From contig NW_008246085.1 in assembly GCF_000281045.1 (NCBI RefSeq), forward strand, positions 507,225 to 571,224: 64,000 bases of DNA. The letters are read 5' to 3'. The notes beneath the pieces were generated by a model that was not told where the DNA came from, searched no databases, and was given only the letters and a program-made list of their open reading frames with translations. The position numbers and the translations under genes were made by a program. The DNA is from Saprolegnia diclina VS20. Taxonomy: Eukaryota. Positions 24,448-36,863 of this stretch are shown piece after piece. Numbering within the stretch: position 1 is the first letter of the stretch; the number at the start of each line of letters is the position of its first letter.

Positions 24448-25201
24448 CAGCTCACCGCCACTGCGAAATCAAGCCTCAACCATGCCACTATCCGGAAACA
24501 CCCGCCAGATGTCCGGTAAACCAATGCCGTTTAAACTGGTCTCTACGGGGTTAAACGTGCCGCCATTCCAAGAAGGGTCAATAAACCTTGGTCGCTGGCC
24601 CTCACACTTTCGAGAGAACGAGCTTCTTGGCGTGCTTTTGTGGCCCAAGTCGAGGGCAAAGAAGTGGGCGTTGAGAGCACCCATTGTTATGCTCCACTAC
24701 TACACTACTGAGGCAGGGCAAGCGATAATAATTCATTTCAACAACACTATTGCAGGTATCCAAGCTTGTACAGTAAATCCACAAAACAACAAACTTGCCA
24801 GCATGGAAGTTACCAAGCGCCTGGCTCCTTTGACCGGCTTCACTTCTCGCACTGAAGTCTGCTGGAGCCTCCCGAGAGTGCTTCTGGAGTGGTGTTCTCT
24901 TGGGCGTGGATCGTTGACCATCATTTGCTCAGGCCTGATCCGAGCCTTCCATATTCTTGCACGCCTTCAGCTGTGGACAGCCACAAGGTGCTGCGCTGAG
25001 GTGCAGCCCAACGGCAAAGGCAAACTCGTGCGCGGCCAATGACGTGGCGGGCCCACGGAGCGCGTTGCATTTAAAAAACGCGTTTGGGGTGGTGTTTAAA
25101 CGCGGGTTCGAATTCGGAATCTTGCGCCGCGCTTGGTCGCAACGGGATTGGCCAAAAAGCCGACTTATTTTTCGCCGAAACCCCATTCCCAAAGAAGCCC
25201 G

Positions 25202-27097
25202 ATGCCCATTACGACGCTCAAGCTCCTGCACAAGGAGGCGCAGGACATGCGCCGGGTCAAGGTCGCCGACCTGCGCGATATGGTCGGCCGCGCGTCCTCG
25301 ACGGAGCTCTTCACCTTCGGCGAGCTCCAGAAGTATGCGCTCGACATTGCCTTCCCGGCGCTGCAGCACGCCGAAGTCTTCTTCTACTACCTCGACGACG
25401 AAGGCGAGCAAGTGCGCATCACGAACGACGCCGAGCTCAAGGAAGGCATTCGCCTCATGGAGACGGAAGGCGACATCTTCAAGATGGTCGTCTCGGGCAA
25501 ACGCCAAGTTGTCGACCAAGATGCGACTGTCTCGTTCGACTCGGAGTGCTCGCTGGCCCTTTTTGTCGACTTGAGCCGCCTCCTTGACAAATGGGAGTGC
25601 TCGAACGACCAAGCGCCCATGAAGAAGGACATGACGACGCTTCTGCATGTGCCAGGTGTGCAAGGCGCCATGATTGACATGATGGCGGATGCCAAGGTAC
25701 GCAGCAACGCATACACTTTATTGTACTTATGCTACTTGCATAGTACACGTCGTACTTTGAGAACGTGTCGACAGTCATCAAGGAAGGGGGATCGGTGGTC
25801 GAAGGCGTTGCGTCGATGTTCGCCGGCGGTCAGCTTCAAGACATGGCCACGGCCCTCATGGAGAAGTGCCCGGACATCAAGGACCTCCTCGAGAGTATCA
25901 TGCATGCGATCCAGGTGCAGGTGCACGCGCACCAGCAAGCCAAGCACGCATCGAGCGTCTCACAGACGCTGCCGCCCCTCCCTGAAGATCCATCGCTCGT
26001 CCACCAGCTCTTGGAGTTTGTCACGGGCAAGTTCTTTACCGATTTGTGGTCGCTCTCGAGCGACCAAGCCGGCGAAGTCATGTTCAACTGCGGCGTCAGC
26101 AGCGAGCAGATCCAAGCGCTCTCGCGCGAGAGTCGCATTCGCTGGATTGCCGAGACCATTATCCACATCCAGGCGATGAACCAAGCGCGAAAGGAGCAGA
26201 AGGAACTCGCTGAGAAGGCGGCACAGGAAGCGGCGCTTTCGAGCACCAACCACGGCATCATGGACGCGGACGACGTCGACTCGAAGCCGTCGGTGGCCTT
26301 TATGGGCGACGTGAGCTTCCCGGATGGCTCGACTGTCCGCGCCGGCGACTCGTTTGTTAAGACGTGGCGTCTCAAGAACGACGGCAAGACGGTATGTACT
26401 GTTGGCAAGCCGTGTGGTTTCTTATTGCGCGTTTGACTAGCGCTGGCCGGCCAAGACGGAGCTCGTGTGCGTTGGTGGGGACCACTTGGAAACCGAGTCG
26501 AGTCTGATCTCAATTCCGATCCTGCCGCCCGGCAAGATGATTGATGTCTCGGTCGACATGCAGGCGCCGTCCAAGCCCGGTAGTACATAGCACGCTAAAT
26601 TTTGCGGACGCTCATGATATTGTGTAGCGCGCTACACGGGGTACTGGCGCCTCTCGACGACCGACGGCAAGCGCTTTGGCCAGCGGTTCTGGGTTGACAT
26701 TTTGGTCGTTGGCAACAAGACGACTACGCACGAGCTCAAGCCCCCGGCCTCGAACGAAGTCGTGCTCCCGGCAGCCGCACCGCAGGTTGTTCTCCCGGCA
26801 GCCGCACCGCAGGTTGTCGGGGCGGCGGCTCCCCAAAACTTCTTTCCGACGGCGGTGCCCAAGACCTTCTATGCGGGTGCGGCGCCCCAGGTGGCTGTCG
26901 CAGCCCCCGAAGTCGTGTCGCAGGCGCCGCCGGCGCCCGTGGTTGTCTCGGCGCCGGTCGTCGTGCAGGCAGCGCCGTATGCCTCGGAGCTCGAGGCGCT
27001 CGAGAGCATGGGTTTTTCGGACCGCGCGACCAACTCGCGCCTCCTGGCGCAGTACAACGGGGACGTGTCGATGGCGCTCAACCACTTGCTCAACTAG
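25202..27097 (+). CDS. NBR1-like autophagy receptor (PB1, NBR1/FW Ig-like domain, UBA)
   Basis: PB1 acidic motif YLDDEGEQVRIT. FMGDVSFPDGS..FVKTWRLKNDG..WP and YWRL..GKRFGQRFW. UBA LEALESMGF..LLAQYNGDV. Confidence 0.8.
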
Positions 27098-27128
27098 GTT
27101 TTATAACGTGCATGTATCGCCGTCTTTG

Positions 27129-28353
27129 CTAATTAAAATGCCAAAAATTGACGCCCTGGACGAGCCCGAGCGACTGGATGTTGGCTTCGAGCTCGCCGTC
27201 CGTGCGCCCCATTGACACGCAGCAGATGATCGGCGGCTTGGCCTCGGAGAAGTGGATGATGGGCACGTGCTTCTTGGTCTCGCGGCAGTAGTACGTCGAC
27301 CCGATCTTCTTGACGTTGACATCGCAGAACGCCGCGACCTTGCTAGCGCCACGTCGAATAAGTTCTGAGACATTCTGAGCTATCGTACTGCTTGCCGTCG
27401 GTCGAGAGGTCGACAAAAAAGTTTTTGCCGTCGCGGCCGCAGCCCCAGATCGTGAACGAGGCCCACTGGCTGAGCACGCGGCGCTCGAGGGACGCGAGGC
27501 GCGTGCGGAGGAGGACCCGGCGCGGCAGTTTGCTGCAGACGGACCCGCTCGAGTGCCGGTAGATGACGAGTTCGTCCGACGCCTTGTCGAGCGAGCCGCC
27601 CATCTCGAGGTGCTTGAGGAAGAAGATCAAGTCTTCGGGAATCGTGACGCCTTCGGGGGCTTCGTCAAAGCCGCCGACTGTCAAGAAGCGCTCGCGGCGC
27701 ATGAACCACGTGGGCATGATGATCGTGCACTCGCTACGAGTACATATGAGCTTACATGCTCATGGCGCGCAGGCATTCAACCGGTACTGCTGGAGCACGA
27801 GCTGCTCCTTCGTGAGGCTGTTGGCCCACGCCGTGTAATGCCACGTGGAGCCTTCGGGAATGCGTCGAAAGTTGGCGCCCACAATGACGTTCGGGTCGTC
27901 TTGTGCCATCTTGCTACGAGAATCAGGACATTGTGAGCGACATGCAGTCGAATGGCTAGCGTACAGCTGGACGGCGACGCGCTCGGACACGACCATGTCG
28001 TCCGAGTCGAGAAAGGCGAGGTAGGCGCCCGTGCAGACGTCGGCCGCACGGTTCTTGGCGTAGCCGGCGCCGCCTGGCGTGGCCTTTTTCTGTTCGACTA
28101 CGTGCAGTGTAATGTCTGCAGCGGCGCACTTGGGCACCCACGCGTGGAGCTTGGCGAGCGTGTCGTCCGAGGACGCATCGTCGTAGACTGCAATCTCAAG
28201 AGGCCGGTACGTGGAGCTGCAGATGGACTCGAGGCAGTCGTCAATGGTCGCCGACGCATTGTGCGCTGGGATCACAAAGGACACGAGCGGCGCGTCCTCG
28301 GTCTTGAGCCGCTTCGCCGCTGGTTCAATCTCGCTGGTGCCTGTCGCCGCCAT
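27129..28353 (-). CDS. B3GNTL1: GT2 glycosyltransferase B3GNTL1 (queuosine-tRNA galactosyltransferase QTGAL-like)
   Basis: VSFVIPAHN, YDDASSD, GAGYAKNRA, FLDSDD, YTAWANSL, IMPTWF, PEDLIF, FTIWGCGRDG, VAAFCDV, LEANIQSLGL..FWHFN*. Confidence 0.85.
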
Positions 28354-28582
28354 GCTGTTTGATTGGATGTATTGTGGAAGGTTGGCCACGACATATGGAC
28401 CAATCGCTGGTGTTGCGACCGCGCATGACGCGTTTGATTGGGTAGATAAATATGTTTTCTGATTGGGCAAAATCGACAGAATTTTATGCCAATCACGTGG
28501 TACGTTTGTCGAAAGTTCGAGTGACTTGAGTTTTCTATTCGATCCTAGATCTCACTTTTGTCGGGTTAACGGGACCAGCAGC

Positions 28583-30583
28583 ATGCGACGCTGGGCGACC
28601 ATCGTGCTGCTCCTGACCGCGCTGCATGCGGCCGACTGCGCTGCTCCGGACGTGGCGCTGCAGCACCCGCCCGAGCTACGTGCACTTCTTCCCGAGCGGA
28701 ATGCAACCGCGCCTGCAGTGGCCAACGCCACAACGAGCAAGGCGACGACGATCGTGCCAGCAACGATCATGGCCACGACCATAAAGGCTGCAAATCTCGC
28801 AACCACGAAGAAGCCGATGACCCAGTGGTGCGTCGACGGTGGCTTCACGTTCGACCTCAACTTTGCAAAAGCCTTTGTCGACATTCCAGCCTTCAGCAAG
28901 TACGTTGAGAGTCAATTGAGCGCCAGCTTGCCACTGCAATACGAGGTCCAGTTCCGCGATCTCGCCCCGTCCCCCCACGATAGCGCCAAGCCATTTGTCG
29001 TCTTTACGCTGTGCGCGCCTGCCACAACCTCCAACGAGCAGTGGCTCATGTCCGTCCAGAAGCAGATCCCGATCCTCTACACCGTGATGGCGCTGCCGCT
29101 CAGCGCCGACCAGGACAAGGCCATTAGCCGTTTGCGCGTATACCATCGATCCGCGAGTACTGCGCCTGCTGCCCTCGTCTTGACACCGGTACGATCTGTG
29201 GTTGCTCTCGTCTCGCCAGCGTCCAACGGCGTCCCGTCCTTCGAAGCGACGCTCATCGCGCACAACACCGGTGGCACGTCCGTGACGGTATACGCGATTG
29301 TGTGCTACGGCATGAGCGACTGGCGCGACACGGTGCTCGCGCTGCCCGAGCCGATCGTGCTGCAGCCCAAACACAAGACGTCGCTCACCTTCCGAGGTCC
29401 GATGCTTCCCAACGTCGGCGTCGACCCGACTCTCGTGGCACCGGACCTGCTTGTATCTCTCCACTTGGTGCAAAGCTCGGGCACGCCGGTCGAAACTGCA
29501 ATCACGGCGATGCTGGACGCACCTGCAAGAACTGAAGCAGCCACGCGCCCGGTGACAAGTGCGCCGGACGTGACGCATGACACGGACGCGCTCGTGGCGC
29601 TCGATGCGCAGCCCATGGCCGATGACGAAGACGCGTTTGCGCGCGTGCGAAACCGTCTCCACAGCCAAGGTGCCGTCGACAACAGCGCGTTTCCGTCGTC
29701 CACTTTTAAAGGTACGCACAGCAAGTGCATTCTATCAGTCATGATGATGGCGCGTAGCCATCTCGGCGTGCCTCGTACTGGGCGTGGTCATCTACACGTC
29801 GTACTTTGCCTACTCGCGTCTTCGCAACCGGTCGCTGGCCTGGACGCAGCTCGTTGGCCGGAAGAAGCAAAAGACGCGGTACCCAAAGGACAACATTCAA
29901 GACACGACTGACGGTAGCCTGGATGAATATGACGATCACTGTGAAGAAGACGACGGGCTGCTGCCGGCAACAAAGCCACCGACAGTCCTTGCGCAGGAGA
30001 CAGACCCGCAGCACGTATGGGGGCAGCCAGCGCGCGTCGTATCACCTGTCTGTCCAGCGCCGTTGTTTCCGTCGACACCTGCACCCGAGCCTCTCGTGCT
30101 CGATGCGTCCATTCGAATGCATCCCAAGCGGTTCGAGTCGCTCTGGGGCGAGTACATGGAGCGGTATGTTCATCTCGTATAAACCACATGGGGATCAACG
30201 ACAACGTGCCGCTATTAGTGCCAAGTGGCAGCGGGCGATTTCGCTGCGGCCCGACGCCAACGCCGTCATGACGCGCTTCTACGAGATGGGGCTCGTCTGC
30301 ATGGCCAGCGGCTCGGTGCAGCTCACCGACAAATATTTATTCTACACGGCCGAGGTACGCATTCTGTCGCCGGCACCGAGCCTGACGCCACGTGCAATAG
30401 CCGGCAACGCCCGACGCCTTTTACTTTTGTGACGTGGCGATCCAATTCATCTCGCTCGAGGTCGACGTCTCGGTGCGCACGCCGCGCGAGACGTCGGCGG
30501 CCAAGATCGATGTCTTTGTACAGCGCGTCAAGATGGCGCTCGACGATCTCGACGCCGGCAGCTCCCTGGCTGTTGCCGAGTGA
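28583..30583 (+). CDS. Type I membrane protein with cytoplasmic beta-adaptin appendage (platform)-like domain
   Basis: Signal peptide MRRWATIVLLLTALHAA. Spliced TM AISACLVLGVVIYTSYFAY. C-terminal MHPKRFESLW..GLVCMASG..KYLFY resembles beta-adaptin C-terminal subdomains. Confidence 0.6.
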
Positions 30584-31608
30584 CGGACTTGTGGCTACTC
30601 GCGACGAGGCGTACGGCTTGCTACTTCAGCATAGCGGCATGGTAAACAAGCAACATGACCGCGACTGTCCTTTCTCGAGCCTTCTTGCCAACCTCCGTGT
30701 CGCACGTGCGCGAGAAGCAAGCGCGCCTTTGCACCCAAGGCGGCGTCCGAGGATGACCACGCCAAGCAGCCACCGTCAGTCGTCACAGTGGCACGCTGGA
30801 CACACATGAATTCTTCTCGGGTCATCTTTCGACCAGTTCATCATGGCAGTACCCAAGCAGCCACCCGCTTGCTACAAGGCCACGCGCCTCCTGCCCGTAG
30901 AGCCGCCCATACTCATCGGACCCATGACCTCACGCAGAAGGCCATTGCCGTCGTCCGCCTCGAAGCCATCGGCATGGCGGCCGCGTCCAGGCGGCGAGAG
31001 TAGGACGAGTGCGACATGGCCGGAGGCCGCGCTTATTGGGCCCTTGGTTTGAGTGGTGAGGAAAGAAAAGAAAAAGAAAGGGAGAGCCACGCGGGGTAGG
31101 GCTGGCCGCTGAGAATATCGACTTTCACAGGTAAAACTCATTTAACGCACCGACGTCGCGGGCCAAAACACCTCGCGAGGTGTGCCCTAAAACGCGTTTT
31201 ACCGATTCCGGGGCGTGACGAGGCGGCTGATAATACACGACCAAGCACGCCGACATGGAGTGCGTTTGTCACATAACTCCATGCGTCGCTGCGTATTTAC
31301 GCTCGGAGGTATCATATCTGAGAGGTTTATGGCAATAAAAAAAGACTTTGCGGCCACTGGCGGGCGGTTTTTAATACGTTTTTCGGTCGCCCAACCCTGG
31401 CTTTCAATGGCACGTCACAGCAGTTGCATACAAACAACAAGATATAGAGGCCAGTGTTCGAATAAAAAAGCGGCAGAAGGTAGAATAAAAATACTCGAGT
31501 TTTATTCGACGTCAAACTGCTGGAGCCTACCGCGTTCATTTCGCAGGATACCAGCGCTATCTAAAGCCATCATTTCCGCTATTGCCGTCGACACCGTCTT
31601 GGCCGAGC

Positions 31609-32403
31609 ATGCAGCATCACCAGAGCACACCCGAGGAAGACGACCGCGCCCGCGCCATCGTCCAGACGCTCTCCGCGGTGCTAGAGTCCATGGTCCAGTC
31701 GGCGGACGCCATTCCCGCCGGCTACATGCGCCGGACCAAATTTGAAGCCTTCCGCGCGCCGCAGATCTCGATCCTGGACTACCTCTTGCGCATCCAGACG
31801 TACGCGGCCTGTAGCCCCGAGTGCTTTGTGCTAGCGCTCATCTACATTGACCGCCTGCACCAGATGCAGGGCTTTGTCATGACCGAGCTCAACGTGCACC
31901 GCGTCATCATCACGGCGATCGTGCTCGCGGCCAAGTTCTTTGACGACCAGTACTTCAACAACGCGTACTACGCCAAGGTTGGCGGCGTGCCCGGCTCGGA
32001 GATGAACGAGCTCGAGGTCGAGTTTCTCCTCTTGACCAACTTTAGCCTCCACGTGACGTCCGAGGCGTACTCGCGCTACTACAACGAGCTCGCCAACCAC
32101 TACATCTTCTCGCGCACGCAAGGCGGCGAGTTCAAGCACTGCGTCCGGCCCGACCCGGCTCAAGGCGGCCAGCTCGTGTATGTAACGGACATGGTGCGCT
32201 CGTTCGACGACACGGACATGACGTACTGCGATCCGCAGTTTTCGTCGACCGCGAGCTCGAGCAGTCTTGGCTCGAGCTACGGCTCGACGAACGGCGCGAC
32301 TACGTCGTACGGCATTGCGAGCGCCACCAACTGTAAGAAGCGGACGCGCGCGCCTTCCAACCCGAAGCGGCGCAACGTCTTCCCTCTCGGCGTCAACGCC
32401 TAA
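31609..32403 (+). CDS. PHO80/U-type (cyclin P) cyclin
   Basis: PQISILDYLLRI, CSPECFVLALIYIDRL, NVHRVIIT, AAKFFDD.YFNNAYYAKVGG, EMNELEVEFL. Confidence 0.92.
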   Translation: MQHHQSTPEEDDRARAIVQTLSAVLESMVQSADAIPAGYMRRTKFEAFRAPQISILDYLLRIQTYAACSPECFVLALIYIDRLHQMQGFVMTELNVHRVIITAIVLAAKFFDDQYFNNAYYAKVGGVPGSEMNELEVEFLLLTNFSLHVTSEAYSRYYNELANHYIFSRTQGGEFKHCVRPDPAQGGQLVYVTDMVRSFDDTDMTYCDPQFSSTASSSSLGSSYGSTNGATTSYGIASATNCKKRTRAPSNPKRRNVFPLGVNA

Positions 32404-32696
32404 GCGACTCTTCCGTCGCCTGTACCACTAGCCCCAACTTTCGTAGATAAGATAGGACCTTAGATTATAATATTTTATTGCAGCGCGCACGCTGCCCTCG
32501 AGGACCGCATCATTGCGGCCCTCGAGACGCGTCGCGCAGCTGCTTCTTCTTCATTCCCTTGTCTACGTTGCGCCTCGAACGATAGCATCGGACTTGCCGA
32601 CGAGGTCTTGACCCCATCCTCGATGACGTACTCATGCGACGGTGCCGAGGTCGGACAGCAATAATCACTCGAGCAACATTGATTACGGTTCCTAGA

Positions 32697-33604
32697 CTAC
32701 TTGCGGCGCCAAAAGGTACCGTCCGAGACGCCCCACTGGAACTTGCGGTCGTGCTCGCGGATCAAGAACGGGTATTGCGTGCGCTCCACGAGCTCAAACG
32801 ACGTGCTCAGGATGCGCTCGAGCTCGACGAACGAGTCGCCTGCCTCTGGCGTCGCGCCGATCCAGTGCTCCTTGGCGGTGTATTCTTCGAGCCACGAGTA
32901 CGGGCTCACGAGCGCGAGGATGCCGTCCTTCTTGACGAGCGACGGGAGGCGGTCGAGAAAGAGCCGCGGGCGGGGCACGCGGCAGAGCAGATTGGACGCA
33001 AAGACGCAGTCGAAAGTGCCGAGATGCTCGCCCAGGTCGCACGCGTCGCCTTGCTCAAAATGGACCTTGGTCCGGTCGATGCCCGCCGGCACGGCGGCGG
33101 TGCGCATCGCCGTAATGTCGCCTTGGATGTGAGCCTCGTACGTCGTCGACCCATGCGTCTTCATCTGGTTGGCCACGTCGATGAAATGATGCGAAAAGTC
33201 AATGCCGATGACCTAGGCATTCCAGAGATGATGATGTCACTGATCATTGGGCACAAGCAATGTACCTCGTCAAAGGTGCGGCTGAGCTCAAACGAGGACC
33301 GCCCGACGGAGCAGCCGACTTCCAGCGCACGATGGCGCATCTCGGGGCGTGTGAGTGGAACCGTGTCAGCGACGGTGCGATGAAGGAAGGCCAGCGCGTC
33401 TTTGGGAGCGAACGGGTACGGGACAACTTCTTCGGGCTTGCCTGAGCGCATGTCAGAGACAAGGTCAGATCTTGGTCTTACTCTACCATAGTGGAACTGG
33501 AGGTACTCCATGGCAGCGCGCTCCGACTCGTAGACCATCGAGCCGCTTGCGGTCGTGCTGCGGGTCGACGCGTGGCGCAGGCCAGAGGCAGCGGTCTTGA
33601 GCAT
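32697..33604 (-). CDS. Stand-alone SAM methyltransferase similar to the OvoA C-terminal (mercaptohistidine N-methyltransferase) domain
   Basis: YESERAAMEYLQFHYG, RALEVGCSVGRSSFELS, GIDFS, FEQGDACDL, NLLCR, SPYSWLEEYT, PFLIREHDRKFQ. Confidence 0.8.
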
Positions 33605-34040
33605 CCTGTGAAAAGCGAAAATGACGAAGATCCTGCGGTGGATCGAAAATCCCACTCGTTTGATTGGCCAAAATCCCGCCGAATTACACGCCGGCTGCAA
33701 AACCTTCATGCGAATTCGGCGGAACTCAGAGCGCGCGAGCGTCACTGCCTGTTGAAGCGACCATCCAAGCTCGCAGACTCGCCATAGCATCTCACAAGCG
33801 ACTTCACAGCGCTCATGCGTGCGGAGTGCGACTTTGGCAATGGCTGGCATCGGCGCTGCCGCGTCGAAACCGTAACATAGTACAGTGTTTCAAACAGTGT
33901 ATTACCCGCGCGATCCTGTTGTTAAATATGGCAAATGCCACTTGTAATCGGAGTAACGCAACGATCCGGAAACAATCCGGCGCAGTACGTCGGCGGTGCA
34001 TGCCGCATAGTCGCGCCAGGACGCTCGTCGCGGGTGCTTC

Positions 34041-35164
34041 ATGGCGCACAACCCTGTGTTCGACCGCGTGCAGTCGGTCCGGTCGGCGCTCGCCTTTGAC
34101 CGCAAGCGCTATGCGCCTGTGCAACCGGCGTCCGCTGGCGTCTGCAGCCGCCAACGCGCCGTCGCGATCTATGCTGGGCGCGTTGCCCGCGAGGTGTGTC
34201 GGCGCGGCTGCCGGGCACTTGGCCGCGGCTTCTCGTGGAGCATGGTCTGCCTTCATCACAGCTATACGCGCTGCTTCAGCCGCGTCAACCCGGTCCATGG
34301 TAGCAGCGACGAGACGGCCACGCGTCGCCGCGTCACGCCGCCCGTGGCCATCTTTTTGTGCCTCATCCTCTTCACCATCGTGCGCTTTGTTTTGTCCTTG
34401 CCGCAAATGTACTACGCGCGGACGCAGTATGCGCCTCGGGTGCACACGGACGAAGCCAGCATTCGGTCCAAGATCTTGTTGAACCACGCGCCGGGGCTTG
34501 ACGTCACCAAGGCCAAGTTGCGCTGGCAAGACTTTGAACCCGACGATACTTCCACTTTGTGCAAACACACCGCCGAGACGACAGCGTTCATTACCGACGC
34601 CCGCGGCGCCACGTGTAGCCGCGAGTCCTTGCTGCCCTCGGGGTGCTGCCCAGTGGCTGCGAGTACTGTTACCTTCAGCTGTACCTCTTGCAACGTCGCC
34701 GCACCCCACTGCTGCAGCGAGTACGAGCGCTGCGTATCGTGCTGCATGAGCCCCGACCATGTACGTTTCTTCTTTTTCGCATTAGCTCGGAGCAGCCGAC
34801 CAAATTGTAGCGTGAGATTCTGCGGCATTTCCTCCTGCACGCCAACCCCGCCCACCCCGTGTACGGCGCACCGCACCACCTGAGCGTCTTTGGCTTTTGC
34901 GCGTTTCGGTGCCGAACGTCGTCGGCCAGTGTGCAGCACCAAAATTCCTACCGCAGCACGAAGAAACACTGCTACGGGCTCCACCGACCTCGTAAGGAGC
35001 TCTCGGTCGTCAATAGCGATGGCACCGCCAACAAGTCGGCCGCGTTCGATGCCAGCCTACCGTGCGTCTCGATGGATATTGGAGCTTAGCGCACTAACCA
35101 TCTACGTAGAATACCCACAAGTCCGCTCGAGTGGGACCCGTTCTACGCTCCGCCCGCGGCCTAG
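34041..35164 (+). CDS. SPRING1: SPRING1/C12orf49-like Cys-rich type II membrane protein
   Basis: TM, then TDARGATC..SGCC, SCTSC..CCSEYERCVSCC, FCAFRCRTSSASVQHQNSYR..KHCYG. Confidence 0.85.
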
Positions 35165-35347
35165 CTTGTTTCGCCCAATAAGCTACTGTCCTCTAAGTTT
35201 ATTCACAAAAGCTTTGCAAAGAACAGTCGCGGCTTTATATAGTCAGGGCGGTGAGCTATCAATAGGCCGCTTTCGCGTCAGTTGGAATAACGAAGGGGGC
35301 GCGTCGCAGCGGTAACGCGTTCTTCGTACAGCGCGATTCCGTCCTCG

Positions 35348-36308
35348 ATGAATATAACCGCGCGCTCGGGGCCATCGCTCATGATTCCGCTCGCAGCTGA
35401 AGCCCCCGTGAACCTCGCGACGGCCAAGACCCTCTCGAAAGGGGCCGTCAGTGCCAGCAACCCCGGCGCCGACGAAGATGCGGGTACACTGTCAACTCTT
35501 CTCAGTGGAATCTCACGAGCCATCGCGCAGAGTTTTGGAAGAACACGTTCAGAGACCGTGTGCCCCAGCACGCGGCGGTGACAGCCAATTGGCGCGAGCC
35601 GTCGCCGTCCGAGTTTCGCGTCCGCAGTAAAAAGTACCTCACCGACAGTGTCAAGGAGGCCGTGGATCACCCCAGTACGTCCTCTATCCTCATTCGTATC
35701 GTTGTTTGACGAGCGATGCGGTAGAGTGCGACTTGGTCTGGGTCGACGTGTTCCAGGGGAAGAAAGAAGCGTTCTTGCATGCTGCTGCGCGCCGCGACGG
35801 CGTCGTCGCCCACTTCCACACGCTGTACCCAGCGAACGAGCTCTTCGTCCTCAACATTATCCTGCCCGGCAAGCCCGAGGTGACGTACGTCAACTACTTT
35901 GCACTGCGGACGCCGGTGGCCGGGACGGAGGACTCGGCGTTCGGCCGGCTTTGGCGGGCGTTCCTTGACGGCTCGGACGAGTTCCGCAACGCTCGCCTCA
36001 AGCTCATTCCGCGCATCGTGCACGGGCCGTGGATGGTACGCAAGGCCGTGGGCTCCAAACCCTTTATATTGGCGAAAGCGCTGCCGATCCAGTGGTTCCG
36101 CGGCAAGCACTACCTCGAGGCCGTCGTCGATGTGAGTTCGGACGCTGTCGCGCGCAAGGTCACGTCCATGTGCCGCATGTGCGTCTCGTCGCTCACCGTC
36201 GACATTGGGCTCGTGCTCGAGGGGCAAAAGGAGGACGAGCTCCCAGAGGCGATGCTGGGCTGCGTCCAGTACGACCGACTGGACATGGCCAACGCGACGC
36301 CGATCTAA
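35348..36308 (+). CDS. EDR2 C-terminal (DUF1336) domain protein
   Basis: WREPSPSEFRVRSKKYLTD, FRNARLKLIPRIVHGPWMVRKAVGSKP, EDELPEAMLG. Confidence 0.85.
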
Positions 36309-36863
36309 GCCCCCGCAAATTTATTGAACGTTCTTTACATTGCTCGTCATATTTACGTACGTGGCAGCACCACGGACCAGGAAAAACCTCGTATTCAAAA
36401 CACGTATCTATACGATGTGGGAGGTATTTGGTCCCAGAAAATATCGACAAGTCCACAGCCTAGAATCAAGGACTTCGACGAGACCAGCTGAGCTCGAGTT
36501 AAGCTGGTTGAGCCAACGCCGCAAGGACGCAGTGCTGGACTTGGGACGATGGCATCTGCGTGTTATTAGCCGCACTTAAGGTCGAACCATGAGGCAGCGC
36601 AGACGCCGAGCCGTTAGAGCCTCGACATATCCGTGCCAACTGCGCTACAATCGAATCAAGCCACGAGTTGTGTGCGATCAGGGGATTCATTGACAAGCAT
36701 CACCTCGAAGATGCTCTCTCGTCGTCGCGGCCTTCACCGAAGGCCCCTCTCGATATATATCGCAGTTGGCCGTAAAGTTGGTGCAAGGCCGGTGGGCTGA
36801 TAGATAAAATGATACTGAATTCAGGGACATCCATTGCGAACGTACAGAGAGAGTGGACGCTAC

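Noticed and set aside
24374..25042. 222-aa + strand ORF between the DGCR8-like and NBR1-like genes
   Set aside because: Overlaps the DGCR8-like start and promoter, has non-coding-like codon usage and no motifs.
26762..26818. 27-bp duplication (VLPAAAPQV x2)
   Set aside because: Ordinary slippage in a low-complexity linker.
31185..31193. CCCTAAAAC as a telomerase RNA template
   Set aside because: Too short, does not give more than one unit of the TTTAGGG repeat known from oomycetes, and no supporting promoter or structure is visible.
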